Positions 28,940-39,262 of a stretch of DNA of 64,000 nucleotides are shown one piece after another. A program made the position numbers and the translations under genes. The number at the start of each line of letters is the position of its first letter. The stretch's first letter is position 1. The notes under the pieces are model-generated. The model was given only the letters and a program-made list of their open reading frames with translations, did no database searches and was not told where the DNA came from. The stretch comes from Thermoproteota archaeon (lineage in GTDB: Archaea > Korarchaeota > JAOZGF01 > JAOZFZ01). The stretch spans positions 64,001 through 128,000 of the forward strand of contig JAOZFT010000035.1 of the NCBI GenBank assembly GCA_027492035.1. The letters run 5' to 3'.

Positions 28940-29860
28940 TTAAAAAGCCTTCAATATAAATCCTTCATCGGTGATTTCGCACCTAATTCTTTCCTTGTTT
29001 TCCAGATAACTCACCATAGCTTTAACAGGTACTATTGTCAAATAAAACTGTAAAATACTCTTCTTCACCCCGTAACAGTTTAAAAGGTAAACAGTTAAGG
29101 AATCAACTCTGTTTACTCCTTTCTTAACTGCTGAAACAATTAATCTCTCCACTTCAAACACTCTAGAAACATTTAATTTAACCAAATTTTCTGCTTCATT
29201 TGCTTTAAGGGGGTAGCCGTGACTGGGAACCACGATCTTAACTTTTTCGCCATTTAAATAATCCAAAATCTTTTTTAAACTGTTTAAATATTCTTCAGTG
29301 TTACTGTGGAAAGGTACACCATACTTAGAAAGAATGCTTTTTGAAAAGAAAGAGTCAGCAGCTAGAAAAACCTTTTTCGGAGTTAAAATCCCCACCTGGC
29401 CCAAAGAATGACCGGGAATAGACACAACTTTCAATTTACTCCCTGAAAAATCCACATCTAATTCCTCAGCTTCATCAAGAAATAATTTGTTAGTAACCAA
29501 GGAAGGTTTAGCCAGTAATTCTCTTCCCTTTAACTCAACCAAAGGGTCAGCTAAACCATAAATGGCAAAGGGTTCAAAATATGGGTTCTCAATAAAGCAA
29601 GCCTCTTTGGCCTCAGAATAAATTGAAGCATTAAATTTCCCCTGAAGATAACTATTCCCACCGATGTGGTCGCTGTGGTGGTGAGTGTTAAAAATAGAAA
29701 CTTCAGAAAGGCCTAAATGATTTAGAACCTTAAATATCTTCCGTCCTCTCTCCTTGCCGCTGCCAGTATCTACAATAAGAGCTTTGGTCCCAGTTAAAGG
29801 AAAAACAAAGACATTAATAGCTCCTGGAAGCATTAAAACGTCTCTAATTTTTATGTACAA
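28940..29860 (-). CDS. MBL-fold metallo-hydrolase
   Basis: THHHSDHIGG, PGHS, PSHG. Confidence 0.9.
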   Translation of the reverse strand: MYIKIRDVLMLPGAINVFVFPLTGTKALIVDTGSGKERGRKIFKVLNHLGLSEVSIFNTHHHSDHIGGNSYLQGKFNASIYSEAKEACFIENPYFEPFAIYGLADPLVELKGRELLAKPSLVTNKLFLDEAEELDVDFSGSKLKVVSIPGHSLGQVGILTPKKVFLAADSFFSKSILSKYGVPFHSNTEEYLNSLKKILDYLNGEKVKIVVPSHGYPLKANEAENLVKLNVSRVFEVERLIVSAVKKGVNRVDSLTVYLLNCYGVKKSILQFYLTIVPVKAMVSYLENKERIRCEITDEGFILKAF

Positions 29861-30000
29861 AATAACCCACCATTAAACTTGTGAAAACAATTCTTTTAAC
29901 ACAGGCCAAAAATAAAAATATTTTTTAAAGGAAGTTCTGTAAAAGAGTTATGAATCAGTTTAAAAAGATTTAGAAAGAAAGGAAGGGTAAGGAGGAATCA

Positions 30001-30471
30001 ATGAAGAAAATTTATACCATTGGACACAGTAATAGAAGCCAAGAAGAATTCGTTCTCCTCTTGAAAACGTATAAAATAAAAAAAGTTGTAGATGTTAGAA
30101 GATTCCCAACAAGCAAAATTCAGTACTTTAATAAAGAAAATCTGCAAAAAATTCTTAAACGGGAAGGGATAAAGTATACTTACTTAGGTAACCAGCTAGG
30201 GGGATATAGGAAAGAAGGGTACAGAGACTACATGGAAACTTCCATGTTCAAGGAAGGACTAAAAAAACTTGAAGAAACAGCTGAGAAAAGTGAAACAGCC
30301 ATAATGTGCACTGAAAAGCTTCCATGGAAGTGCCACCGAAAACACATAAGCATGATGCTGCAGAAAAAGGGATGGGTAGTAACTCATATTATAGACAGGC
30401 AAAAAACATGGACACCTAAAAAGCCTGAAAATAAAAACTTAAATGATGAAACTCTAACAAACTTTCTTTAA
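30001..30471 (+). CDS. DUF488 domain protein
   Basis: IYTIGHS, DVRRFP, LGG, MCTE..PWKCHR. Confidence 0.9.
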   Translation: MKKIYTIGHSNRSQEEFVLLLKTYKIKKVVDVRRFPTSKIQYFNKENLQKILKREGIKYTYLGNQLGGYRKEGYRDYMETSMFKEGLKKLEETAEKSETAIMCTEKLPWKCHRKHISMMLQKKGWVVTHIIDRQKTWTPKKPENKNLNDETLTNFL

Positions 30472-30486
30472 ACCTCCTGGGCGCCT

Positions 30487-30936
30487 CTATTTCTCTTCAA
30501 GAATATACTTTTCGTTGTTTCGATGTTCTCTCATTATACATTTACCCATTATTACAGTTAGTCCAGCTGAAACTGCCTTTTCAGCTGCTTTATCATCTCT
30601 TATTCCAAGCTGCATCCATATAACATAAGGAGTCCCGTATTTCCTCCTCAACTTTATAGCTTGATTCACTATCGACATAACTTCTTCCGATGGCCTAAAA
30701 ATATTTATAACCTCCAATCTTTTTTTCTTATTTTCTGGTAGGTCCAATATACTTCCATAACATTTCTCGCCTAATACTTCATCAGCAAAAGGATTAATTG
30801 GTATTACTTCATATCCCTTTGATTTAAGGTAGGACGCAACTTGGAAACTGTCCTTTTCAGGGTTTCTAGATACACCTACAACTGCTATTGTCCTGTACTT
30901 TCTAAGCACATTCAAAATTGTTTCCCTTAAACTCAC
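30487..30936 (-). CDS. CoA-binding protein (YccU-like)
   Basis: IAVVGVS, PINP, IFRPSE, WMQLGI, C-terminal CI. Confidence 0.9.
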   Translation of the reverse strand: MSLRETILNVLRKYRTIAVVGVSRNPEKDSFQVASYLKSKGYEVIPINPFADEVLGEKCYGSILDLPENKKKRLEVINIFRPSEEVMSIVNQAIKLRRKYGTPYVIWMQLGIRDDKAAEKAVSAGLTVIMGKCIMREHRNNEKYILEEK

Positions 30937-31043
30937 ATTCCTCCCCTACTTAACTATAAAATTTAAGTTATGTATGTGAAAAGGAACACCTGAAAGGAAC
31001 CCTTTTTAAAATTTCCTTCATGAAGCATCTCCCTAACTTATTT

Positions 31044-31667
31044 TTACAATGTTTCTTGGACGAACGAGTTCTCTTTCGGCAAAATCTCTTTTTTATAAAG
31101 GGTTAAGCAAGAATTGCAGCAGAAGTATAGTTCTCTGTCATCAACAACCAATTTAAGAGGTTCTTCCTTTATTTCCTTCCCGCAATATGTACATGAAACT
31201 TTAACTCCGAATCCTGGCCTTAATTTCGGCCCGTAATCCTCTTTAAGTGTTTTAACAACCACAAATGTGTTAACAGTCTCAATTCCTTCTATTTTACTCA
31301 ATTTATTCCTCAAAAACTCTTGGTAACCGGAGAAACTAGGTGTTGAAACTTTGAGGATTAAATCGAAAGATCCACTAGTCATATATAAACCGGTAACGTC
31401 CTCTATTCTGAGAATATCCTTAATAGCTTTGTTCATTAATGACACCTTTGTTTTTAACCCTATAAAGAAAGTTAATCCACCAATAAGTTTTTCAGGGTCT
31501 ATTTCTACCGTGAAACCTTTAATTACACCGAGAGATCTCAATTTTCTAACCCTATTCTTTACAGTAGGTAAGCTGACACCTGTCTTTTCAGCGATTTTTG
31601 AGAAACTCATCCTGGCATCTTTCTGTAAGAGAATCATTATCTCTATATCTAAATTATCAAGTATCAA
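31044..31667 (-). CDS. Lrp/AsnC regulator with C-terminal TRASH domain (CopR/CopT-like copper regulator)
   Basis: LQKDARMSF HTH, AsnC domain, CTYCG...YFCCNSC; divergent from copA. Confidence 0.88.
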   Translation of the reverse strand: MILDNLDIEIMILLQKDARMSFSKIAEKTGVSLPTVKNRVRKLRSLGVIKGFTVEIDPEKLIGGLTFFIGLKTKVSLMNKAIKDILRIEDVTGLYMTSGSFDLILKVSTPSFSGYQEFLRNKLSKIEGIETVNTFVVVKTLKEDYGPKLRPGFGVKVSCTYCGKEIKEEPLKLVVDDRELYFCCNSCLTLYKKEILPKENSFVQETL

Positions 31668-31916
31668 AACGGCTTCAACTCCTCATGAGGGAAAAGCTGG
31701 AAAAGACAAAATAAGTTCCTTATATATCTCTCTTTCGTTATTGAAAAAAAGTTCCCCTTTTTTTTCAAAAAAATAAATTTTTCTACTTCGGAAAATTATA
31801 TAAAAAAGGTTTTTTTCTCCTTTATTCTTCAGAAACTGAAAAGGAAGATTTTTAATCAGTAAAACACCTGTAGTAACTGGCGTAAAAGTAAACAAGGAAT
31901 ACTTAGAGGTAAAAAG

Positions 31917-34532
31917 ATGACAGAAAATCGTAAGAAAAATTTTGAACTCAAAATATCTGACATGTTTTCTGAAGCTCATGCTTTAGAAATTAAGAATACC
32001 TTACTCAGCCTAAATGGGGTTATCGACGCAAAAGTTAGTTTCAAAAATGGGACTGTTAAGGTGAAATATGACCCTACAAAATTAAAAATTGCTGACATAG
32101 AAAAAGCAGTAAAAAATGCTGGTTATAAAGTAATCAAAGAAGTTACTTTGAAAATTGGAGGAATGACTTGTGCCAGTTGTGTGAGGACAATTGAGAACTC
32201 CCTTAAAAAATTAGATGGCACCTTAAGTGTTAATGTTAACCTTAACGCTGAAGAAGCACATGTTGTTTATAACCCGGAAAAAACCACAGTAAAAAATATG
32301 AAGAAAGCTGTTGAGGAGACAGGTTACCACTACCTAGGGGTTAAGGGAGAAATAGAAAATTTAGAGGGAAAAGTAAAGAAAAGAAACTTAAGAGATAAAC
32401 GCAGCAAATTTCTTGTAGGTTTTGTTGTAGGCATTCCCTTAATGCTTCTCAAATATGTTCCAATTAACACTTCCTCTCTACTATCCTACTCAACATTAGC
32501 TGTTTCATTTCCAGCCTTTATTTATATAAGTTACCCCATTTTCGCTGCTGCATATCGTTCCATTAAGAATATGAACCTTAACATGGATGTTATGTACTCC
32601 ATGGGGATAGGCGTAGCCTTTACCTCCAGTATCTTAAGCACCTTTAACATACTTTCTAAAGAATTTTCATTTTACGATACAGCAATTCTTCTCGCTGCAT
32701 TCCTTACAGTTGGGCGATATTTGGAAGAAAAGGCAAAGGGGAAAACTTCAGATGCAATAAAGAAACTAATTAATTTGCAGCCACAGAAAGCCATTGTACT
32801 ACGTAACAGTAACGAAATCGAAATACCTGTAAAAAATGTTCAAATAAACGACATAATTCTAGTGAAACCGGGAGGAAAAATACCTGTAGACGGTGAAGTT
32901 ATTGAAGGCGAAAGCTATGTAGATGAATCAATGATTACAGGGGAACCTGTCCCTGTTTTGAAAAGGGAAGGGGACGAAGTTATTGGTGGAACCATCAACA
33001 AGAACAGCACAATTAAATTTAAAGCGACAAAAGTAGGGAGGGAGACTTTACTCTCACAAATCATAAAACTAGTTGAAGAAGCCCAAAGTTCGAAACCACC
33101 TATTCAAAGGATTGCGGATAAAGCAGTAAGGTATTTTATCCCTGTAGTGTTAACAGTTGCAATTTCTTCCTTCATTGGCTGGTACTTAATTTTACATAGC
33201 ACCTTGCTTTTTGCTTTGACCTGTATGATTTCAATACTTGTAGTGGCATGTCCTTGCGCTCTTGGACTTGCTACACCTACAGCTGTCACTGTAGGTATTG
33301 GACGTGGAGCAGAGCTGGGTGTCCTTATTAAACAGGGTGAAGCTCTTGAAAGATGCGAGAAACTGACAACTGTGGTATTTGACAAAACCGGAACCCTCAC
33401 AAAAGGTAAACCTGAAGTTACAGATTTAGTGAGTGTAGGAATTAATGAAAAGAAACTATTGAAGTTAGTGGCTAGTGTTGAAAAAAGTTCTCAGCACCCG
33501 TTAGCTGAAGCTATTGTGAAAAAAGCTCAGGAAGAAGGTTTAAAGCTTGAAGAAAGTGAAAACTTTGACACATTTGAAGGAAAAGGGGTAACAGCAAAAA
33601 TAAATGGGAAAGAAGTCCTTGTGGGAAGTAAAAAGTTCTTAAAGGAAAGGAATATCCCCTGCCCTGAAGAAATTGAAGAAAAATTGTTTCAACTTGAAAA
33701 TGAAGGAAAAACAGTGATTTTAGTTTCGTTAAGTGGCAAAATCTGCGGTGCAATAGCTGTTACTGACAGATTAAGAGAAAAAGCCAAGGAGGCAATAAAA
33801 GAACTTAAGAAAATGAAACTTGATGTTGTTATGATTACGGGTGACAACGCCAGAACTGCCTACACCATTGCTAAACAAATAGGGATCAAAAAGGTATTAG
33901 CAGAGGTCCTGCCGCAAGATAAAGTCAAGGAAATAAAGAAACTTCAAGAAAAAGGGGAAGTAGTGGCTTTTGTAGGTGACGGAATAAATGATGCCCCTGC
34001 ACTTGCAAGTGCAGATGTAGGTATTGCAATAGGTAGTGGTACAGACGTAGCAATTGAAACAGGTGAAATAATACTTGTAAAGGATAACCTTTTAGATGTT
34101 GTTGCAGCGCTGCAGCTAAGTAAGAAAGTAATGTCAAGGATAAAACAAAACCTGTTCTGGGCTTTCGCGTACAACGCTGCCTTGATTCCTATGGCAGCCG
34201 GGATACTACATCCCCTCTTAAAAGTTGATTTTAGGCCTGAATTCGCAGGACTTGCAATGGCAATGAGCTCTGTAACAGTTGTAACACTTTCTCTTCTGCT
34301 ACGGAAATATGTACCACCTATAAAGAAAAATTTTGGAACCGTGAAAAAACATGTGAAGGAGGCGAGAAAAATGGTTGTGGACCCTGTTTGTAAAATGGTT
34401 GTAGATGAAGAAACAGCAAGATTTAGAAGTGAATATAGAGGTAAGACGTACTACTTCTGCAGCTTAAGTTGTAAGGAAGCATTTGATGAAAACCCTGAAA
34501 AATATGTTGGCAAGGTTCTTTCGCACAAGTGA
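31917..34532 (+). CDS. copA: Cu(I)-translocating P1B-type ATPase with C-terminal YHS/TRASH domain
   Basis: GMTCASC HMA, TGE, CPC, DKTGT, HP, GDGIND, YN and MAMSS transmembrane ligands; DPVC...YYFCS..C tail. Confidence 0.95.
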   Translation: MTENRKKNFELKISDMFSEAHALEIKNTLLSLNGVIDAKVSFKNGTVKVKYDPTKLKIADIEKAVKNAGYKVIKEVTLKIGGMTCASCVRTIENSLKKLDGTLSVNVNLNAEEAHVVYNPEKTTVKNMKKAVEETGYHYLGVKGEIENLEGKVKKRNLRDKRSKFLVGFVVGIPLMLLKYVPINTSSLLSYSTLAVSFPAFIYISYPIFAAAYRSIKNMNLNMDVMYSMGIGVAFTSSILSTFNILSKEFSFYDTAILLAAFLTVGRYLEEKAKGKTSDAIKKLINLQPQKAIVLRNSNEIEIPVKNVQINDIILVKPGGKIPVDGEVIEGESYVDESMITGEPVPVLKREGDEVIGGTINKNSTIKFKATKVGRETLLSQIIKLVEEAQSSKPPIQRIADKAVRYFIPVVLTVAISSFIGWYLILHSTLLFALTCMISILVVACPCALGLATPTAVTVGIGRGAELGVLIKQGEALERCEKLTTVVFDKTGTLTKGKPEVTDLVSVGINEKKLLKLVASVEKSSQHPLAEAIVKKAQEEGLKLEESENFDTFEGKGVTAKINGKEVLVGSKKFLKERNIPCPEEIEEKLFQLENEGKTVILVSLSGKICGAIAVTDRLREKAKEAIKELKKMKLDVVMITGDNARTAYTIAKQIGIKKVLAEVLPQDKVKEIKKLQEKGEVVAFVGDGINDAPALASADVGIAIGSGTDVAIETGEIILVKDNLLDVVAALQLSKKVMSRIKQNLFWAFAYNAALIPMAAGILHPLLKVDFRPEFAGLAMAMSSVTVVTLSLLLRKYVPPIKKNFGTVKKHVKEARKMVVDPVCKMVVDEETARFRSEYRGKTYYFCSLSCKEAFDENPEKYVGKVLSHK

Positions 34533-34828
34533 TGTAGAAAAGGAAATTAACAGCAGTAAATAACCTTTAACTCTTAAATTTTTTAGAATCGTTAAAATAT
34601 TAACCCAGCGACTGGTATCTCTAGCTCCCAGCTTTATACACATTAAATACTTTTTATCTCCTCCTTAAGCATCATCCGTTTCATGTCCACTGAATTAACA
34701 AAATGGATGGTTGAAGGTTTAGGGAAAGAATAGATGATTCATTCATAACCTTTTTAGATAATGCAGTAAAGAAACTTAAGTTGTTAAAGACCAGTTAAAA
34801 CTTGTTAAGGGAAGGAGGTGGAAATTAA

Positions 34829-34978
34829 ATGATGGCTATTCGTGCAGGCTTGGTTATACTGAATTTAATTGTTAAAGGTGTACTTGGAGCAATAATGGTT
34901 GTAGCTGCTGTGTTTTTCCTTTGGAAATTGAGTAAACTTGTTGATGCATACACAGCAAAACTTAAAGAGAAACCTTAA
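34829..34978 (+). CDS. Small single-pass membrane protein (49 aa)
   Basis: Below the ORF-track cutoff. GGAGGTG RBS 8 nt before ATG; MMAIRAGLVILNLIVKGVLGAIMVVAAVFFLWKLSKLVDAYTAKLKEKP. Confidence 0.7.
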   Translation: MMAIRAGLVILNLIVKGVLGAIMVVAAVFFLWKLSKLVDAYTAKLKEKP

Positions 34979-35086
34979 CAGAATTATTTAACAATCTCAG
35001 GGAAAAATTCCTCTAAACTCAGAGAAAAAAGGACCTTTACCACACCTTTTTTCGGAGACTTAAAAAGTCCTTGTTAAAGCAAAGGG

Positions 35087-36817
35087 TTAACCCCCATGTT
35101 TATTTTTCATTTCAGGTTCGACTTTAAAATTCACTTTAAATTCTTTTATGCCATGTTTCTCTAGAAGCCCTCTAAACTCCTCTAAACTTTTGAAAGGTCT
35201 CATTTTCATTATTTCAAGTACTATGGTCTTGTTAAAACCTGGTATAAGTTTTAAAACAGACTTATCAGCACTATTTACTTCTATTTCATAAGGTACAGCT
35301 TTCACTGACCTATGCCTATGTTTTGAAACAACTACATCCAGAAAAATCCTAAGTTTTAAAGGGATTGGGACCTTAACCAAGAGAGGATACGTTCCAAACT
35401 GTCTCGCCCATGTATAATGATCAACAATTTTTTCAGTAAAAACATTTCTAAGCCGAGTTCCCTCCGGTACAACTTTTTTAAGCATAGGAATATCTATTTC
35501 AGTCCTGATTCTGCCTCTCCAATACCGAAAAAGTCTCTTATGTCTGTATACATTTTTTAAACCGAATTTCTCCATTCTAGTACCTTTAAAAACCATAACC
35601 TGCCTAATATTTATCCTCCTTAAAAGAAGCCCTTCATCAAGTATTCTTTTCAGGTAGGTGTAATTCTCCCTGAAAGTTTTCTTTGTTTCCCCCATAAGGC
35701 CATGTAAAATATTTACTCCAGGAAGAAGGGAAGGGAGGCCATTCCACCCCCTCCTTTTCCCAATATTGTTCACCACTTTAATAGCTTCCAAAGCTTCATC
35801 AGGAAAAACTTTGAGGTTATTCCTTTTAACCACGTCCTCGTCAAAACTTTCAACACCAAATGCAGCTACATCTCCAGATGTTCCGTACTCCACGATTATT
35901 TTCAAAATTTCAATGCTTTCCTTTCTCCAATGCACTATTGTTCCTGGGTTTACGTTATCCATGTGAAGCACTTCAAGTGTAGGTGCTACTTTCTTCACCC
36001 CACTATAAAGTTTTTTTATGGCTTCAACGTTGGGTTTGGGAAACTCTTCATCTCCAACTTTGTCAGCTTTATAAGTTAACAAGTCAGCCTGGCATCCTAT
36101 CCTGAAAAATTTCACTCCACAATTATGCAGTGTCTCAATTTCCTTGATTATACTGTCCAAGCTTCTAAACTGCGGTTTGCCATATAAAGGCGTTGTACAG
36201 AAAGAGCATCCTCCAACAACATATCTTGGACATCCTCTATAGGTTTCTATCTCAACCATTATGAAAGGGTAAAGTGGATGTTGCTTGACTATCTGGGCTC
36301 CTGCTGCAGGAATTCCCCCAAGATTTTCCCTGTTTATCTTTGCGTTAGAATCTGCGTTTTCTAAGCCTTCCTTCAAAAGTTGAGGAATATATGCTTCAAG
36401 ATCCCCCTCAACCACTGCATCAAAACTTCCAGCATAATCCTCCACTCTTACCCCAACCTTTCCTCCTTCACTTGCTGTACCGAACTTCACTGCAGGTCCA
36501 CCTATGACTTTCAAAGGTTTATCTAACAAATTTGCGATGGAAACAAGTTCCTCCAGTGTCGCAGGTGACCCTGCTAAATATTTCCCGGGTACAACAGTCC
36601 CCCCAATGAACACAACAAGGTCTGCTTTGGAAGCTAGTTTCAGAAACTTATCCCTCTTTTTCCTAATTTCGTCAATAGTGAAATAAGAAACTTCTCTCTC
36701 CCCACAGCTATAAAGAGCTCCTGCAACATATCTGGGATAGGGTGAAATATAAGGCGGAACCCCTAAACATGAGGGTTCATCCACGTATCCATCCAGTATT
36801 ATGGTTTTCAACTCCAA
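35087..36817 (-). CDS. Radical SAM protein with C-terminal helix-hairpin-helix (COG1031-like archaeal family)
   Basis: LDGYVDEPSCLGVPPYISPYPRY, ETYRGCPRYVVGGCSFC, LLRRINIRQV, HhH-like LIPG tail. Confidence 0.85.
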   Translation of the reverse strand: MELKTIILDGYVDEPSCLGVPPYISPYPRYVAGALYSCGEREVSYFTIDEIRKKRDKFLKLASKADLVVFIGGTVVPGKYLAGSPATLEELVSIANLLDKPLKVIGGPAVKFGTASEGGKVGVRVEDYAGSFDAVVEGDLEAYIPQLLKEGLENADSNAKINRENLGGIPAAGAQIVKQHPLYPFIMVEIETYRGCPRYVVGGCSFCTTPLYGKPQFRSLDSIIKEIETLHNCGVKFFRIGCQADLLTYKADKVGDEEFPKPNVEAIKKLYSGVKKVAPTLEVLHMDNVNPGTIVHWRKESIEILKIIVEYGTSGDVAAFGVESFDEDVVKRNNLKVFPDEALEAIKVVNNIGKRRGWNGLPSLLPGVNILHGLMGETKKTFRENYTYLKRILDEGLLLRRINIRQVMVFKGTRMEKFGLKNVYRHKRLFRYWRGRIRTEIDIPMLKKVVPEGTRLRNVFTEKIVDHYTWARQFGTYPLLVKVPIPLKLRIFLDVVVSKHRHRSVKAVPYEIEVNSADKSVLKLIPGFNKTIVLEIMKMRPFKSLEEFRGLLEKHGIKEFKVNFKVEPEMKNKHGG

Positions 36818-37077
36818 GTCCTTACTCCAAAGATTTCAGAGAAGCAACTTACTTTTACTCCTAAAGAACTAGACTTTGTTAAAAAATATAATACTTCTAC
36901 TGTGTAATCAAGGAAAGGAGTGCGCTATCCTCAATCTGTCATGTATTTCTCCATTTCTTTTCCAGGTTTTCAGAAATAAAAAGTTTCACCTTCAATTTTT
37001 TGAGGTAAGTAAAAAGGAGTTAACCAGTGACGTCCCTAACTCTTCTCCCTCTTCTTTCGCTAACGCAACGATTTTCA

Positions 37078-37941
37078 TTACAAAGTTTTCTCTTTAATTA
37101 CCCTAATCTGTTTCACTATACATTTGCATTTTCTTCTTTTTGTTGAGAAAATGTAAGAAAGAAAGTATGTAAATACTGCTATTATTCCTGTTATGGCGCT
37201 TGCTGAAACATTTAAATAAATAGAGGCAATTAAACCTGTTAATCCAGAAGTTAAGGCGAAAAGCTCAGCTAAAATTACAGCTTTTTCGAAACTGTGGGAG
37301 AACTCATAAGCTGAAGCTGCAGGTGCTACAAGTAAAATAATTGTCAATATTGACCCTACAACTTTCAAAGAAATAACTGTTACAATAGCTACAATCATAG
37401 TTAACGTGTAACGTAACAGGTCTGTTCTTAAACCCATAGCTTCGGCTGTTTCTTCATCGAAAACTATGAATTTAAACCCTTTAAAGAGAAGAGTTATTAA
37501 GAGAAGCGTAGTAAAGGTTAAAGTCAACAAAATATTTATTTCATCAATTGTTACACTTAAAACATCCCCTATAATGTACTGCCAAGCTGAAACTGAGTAA
37601 GTTGAGGTTAAGGAAAGAAATAAAACAGCTAATGCAGTAGATAAACCAAAAACTAAACCAAGCATAACATCCATTCTTCCCTCCTCCTTCTTCCCAATAT
37701 ATGATATCAGGAAAGAGAAAAGTATACTCAAAATAAAAGCTCCTAACAATGGGTTTATCTTTAAAAGTAAAGCTAAAATGGCTCCTGCTAAAGATGAGTG
37801 GGCGACAGCTGCTCCCATTGTTGACATTTTCTTCTGAACCACAAAAACCCCAACTGCTGAAGTTGTTAAGCTTGTAAGTAAAGTAGCAATCAAGGCATTA
37901 ATTAAAAAAGAATAAAGGAAAAAATTAAACGTGCCCATCAC
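37078..37941 (-). CDS. Mn/Zn ABC transporter permease
   Basis: AHSSLAG, FDEETAEAMG, multiple TM helices. Confidence 0.9.
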   Translation of the reverse strand: MMGTFNFFLYSFLINALIATLLTSLTTSAVGVFVVQKKMSTMGAAVAHSSLAGAILALLLKINPLLGAFILSILFSFLISYIGKKEEGRMDVMLGLVFGLSTALAVLFLSLTSTYSVSAWQYIIGDVLSVTIDEINILLTLTFTTLLLITLLFKGFKFIVFDEETAEAMGLRTDLLRYTLTMIVAIVTVISLKVVGSILTIILLVAPAASAYEFSHSFEKAVILAELFALTSGLTGLIASIYLNVSASAITGIIAVFTYFLSYIFSTKRRKCKCIVKQIRVIKEKTL

Positions 37942-38702
37942 CCTTCAACAATTACTTTCTCCTTTTCCAAACGTAAAATTTTCATTTCCCTCATAAATGT
38001 TTTAGTTAATGTTTCTTCATTCAGTACCTTCTGAGGAGGACCAGCTGCAACCACTTTCCTGTTTAATAAAATAACTTCGTCTGAAAGTTTAAGAGATGGG
38101 TTTAAATTATGAGTCACTATAACTACAGTTACTCCTTCACTAACTAAATTTTTTAGAGCCTGCAGTATTCTTCCCTCAGATGCTATATCCACTCCCGCTA
38201 AGGGTTCATCCAGCAAAAGAATTTCAGGTTGAGAAGCTATCGCTCTAGCTATTAAAACTCTTTGCTGCTGCCCACCTGACAAGTGAGAAAATGGTTTATC
38301 CCAGAAATTATCCATATCAACAAGTTTTAAAGCCTCCCTTGCTTTCTCAACATCCTCCTTAGTAAAGAAGGCTATCGGTTTCTTTTTCGGAAGCCTACCC
38401 ATTAACACTACATCTTTAACCAGCACCAGCGCTGCAGGATCTATTCTTTCCCTTTGAGGGACGTAACCTATTCTTCTGCGAAGTTTTAAAGCCTTCTTGG
38501 AAGGATCCAAACCTAAAACCTCCACTTTGCCAACAAAAGGCTTAATTAAACCCAATAAAACCCTGAGAAGTGTTGTTTTTCCTGCTCCATTAGGGCCTAT
38601 CACGGAAAGGAACAAAGGCTTCTTAATACTCCATGTAACATCTTCTAACGCTATAAAAGGCCCATATGCCACATAAACGTTTTCAACTTTAACTATGTTC
38701 AT
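37938..38702 (-). CDS. Mn/Zn ABC transporter ATP-binding protein
   Basis: GPNGAGKT, GYVPQ, LSGGQQQR, LLLDEP. Confidence 0.93.
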   Translation of the reverse strand: MNIVKVENVYVAYGPFIALEDVTWSIKKPLFLSVIGPNGAGKTTLLRVLLGLIKPFVGKVEVLGLDPSKKALKLRRRIGYVPQRERIDPAALVLVKDVVLMGRLPKKKPIAFFTKEDVEKAREALKLVDMDNFWDKPFSHLSGGQQQRVLIARAIASQPEILLLDEPLAGVDIASEGRILQALKNLVSEGVTVVIVTHNLNPSLKLSDEVILLNRKVVAAGPPQKVLNEETLTKTFMREMKILRLEKEKVIVEG

Positions 38703-39145
38703 TTATTCCCTCTCCTTAAAGGAGGAATAGGTTTCCCATGGGGGCAACAAACCGGGTTGCCTAATACGTAATTAATTAACTCCACCACCCTAAAAGAAAC
38801 ATATGAATCAAATTTTTTTGTTTCGCAACACGCTGTGTCAACATCTAACCCCAGTTTTTCCACAAGTAAAGTTTCAATTAATCTATGCCTTCTAATAATC
38901 TTTTCTGCTGAAACAACTCCTTTTTTAGTCAATTTAACCCCCTTTCTGCCTAAATACTTAACTAAACCCTTACTTTCAAGTTTTTTCAACATTTCAATTG
39001 CTGTGGGAGACTTCACATTAAGCTGTTTAGCTAGTGACGAAAGCGAAACACTACATCTGTTAATTGACGTTTCATATAGTGCCACTAAATAGTCTGCTTC
39101 TCTTTCAGTTATTTTTTCAAGTTGAGCAGTATCTACCTCCATCAT
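38699..39145 (-). CDS. DtxR/MntR-family metal-dependent regulator
   Basis: DYLVALY, wHTH, RRHRLIE, CPHGKPIP. Confidence 0.9.
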   Translation of the reverse strand: MMEVDTAQLEKITEREADYLVALYETSINRCSVSLSSLAKQLNVKSPTAIEMLKKLESKGLVKYLGRKGVKLTKKGVVSAEKIIRRHRLIETLLVEKLGLDVDTACCETKKFDSYVSFRVVELINYVLGNPVCCPHGKPIPPLRRGNK

Positions 39146-39234
39146 TTCTTTACTAACTCCTCAGTTTCCGTTTTTCAGTATATTCTCTCCCTCTAAAAGG
39201 TTTTAAAAGTGGAAGTAATTATATTAAATATAAA

Positions 39235-39249
39235 TTAGGTATAACCTAA
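39235..39249. promoter_or_regulatory. Probable DtxR-family operator
   Basis: TTAGGT-ATA-ACCTAA palindrome directly after TATA-like TTAAATATAAA, between the divergent dtxR operon and the binding-protein gene. Confidence 0.65.
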
Positions 39250-39262
39250 AAATAAAAATTTA

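Noticed and set aside
36990-37078. 28-codon ORF coupled by TAATG to the permease stop
   Set aside because: Too short, with no motif; possibly a remnant but unsupported.
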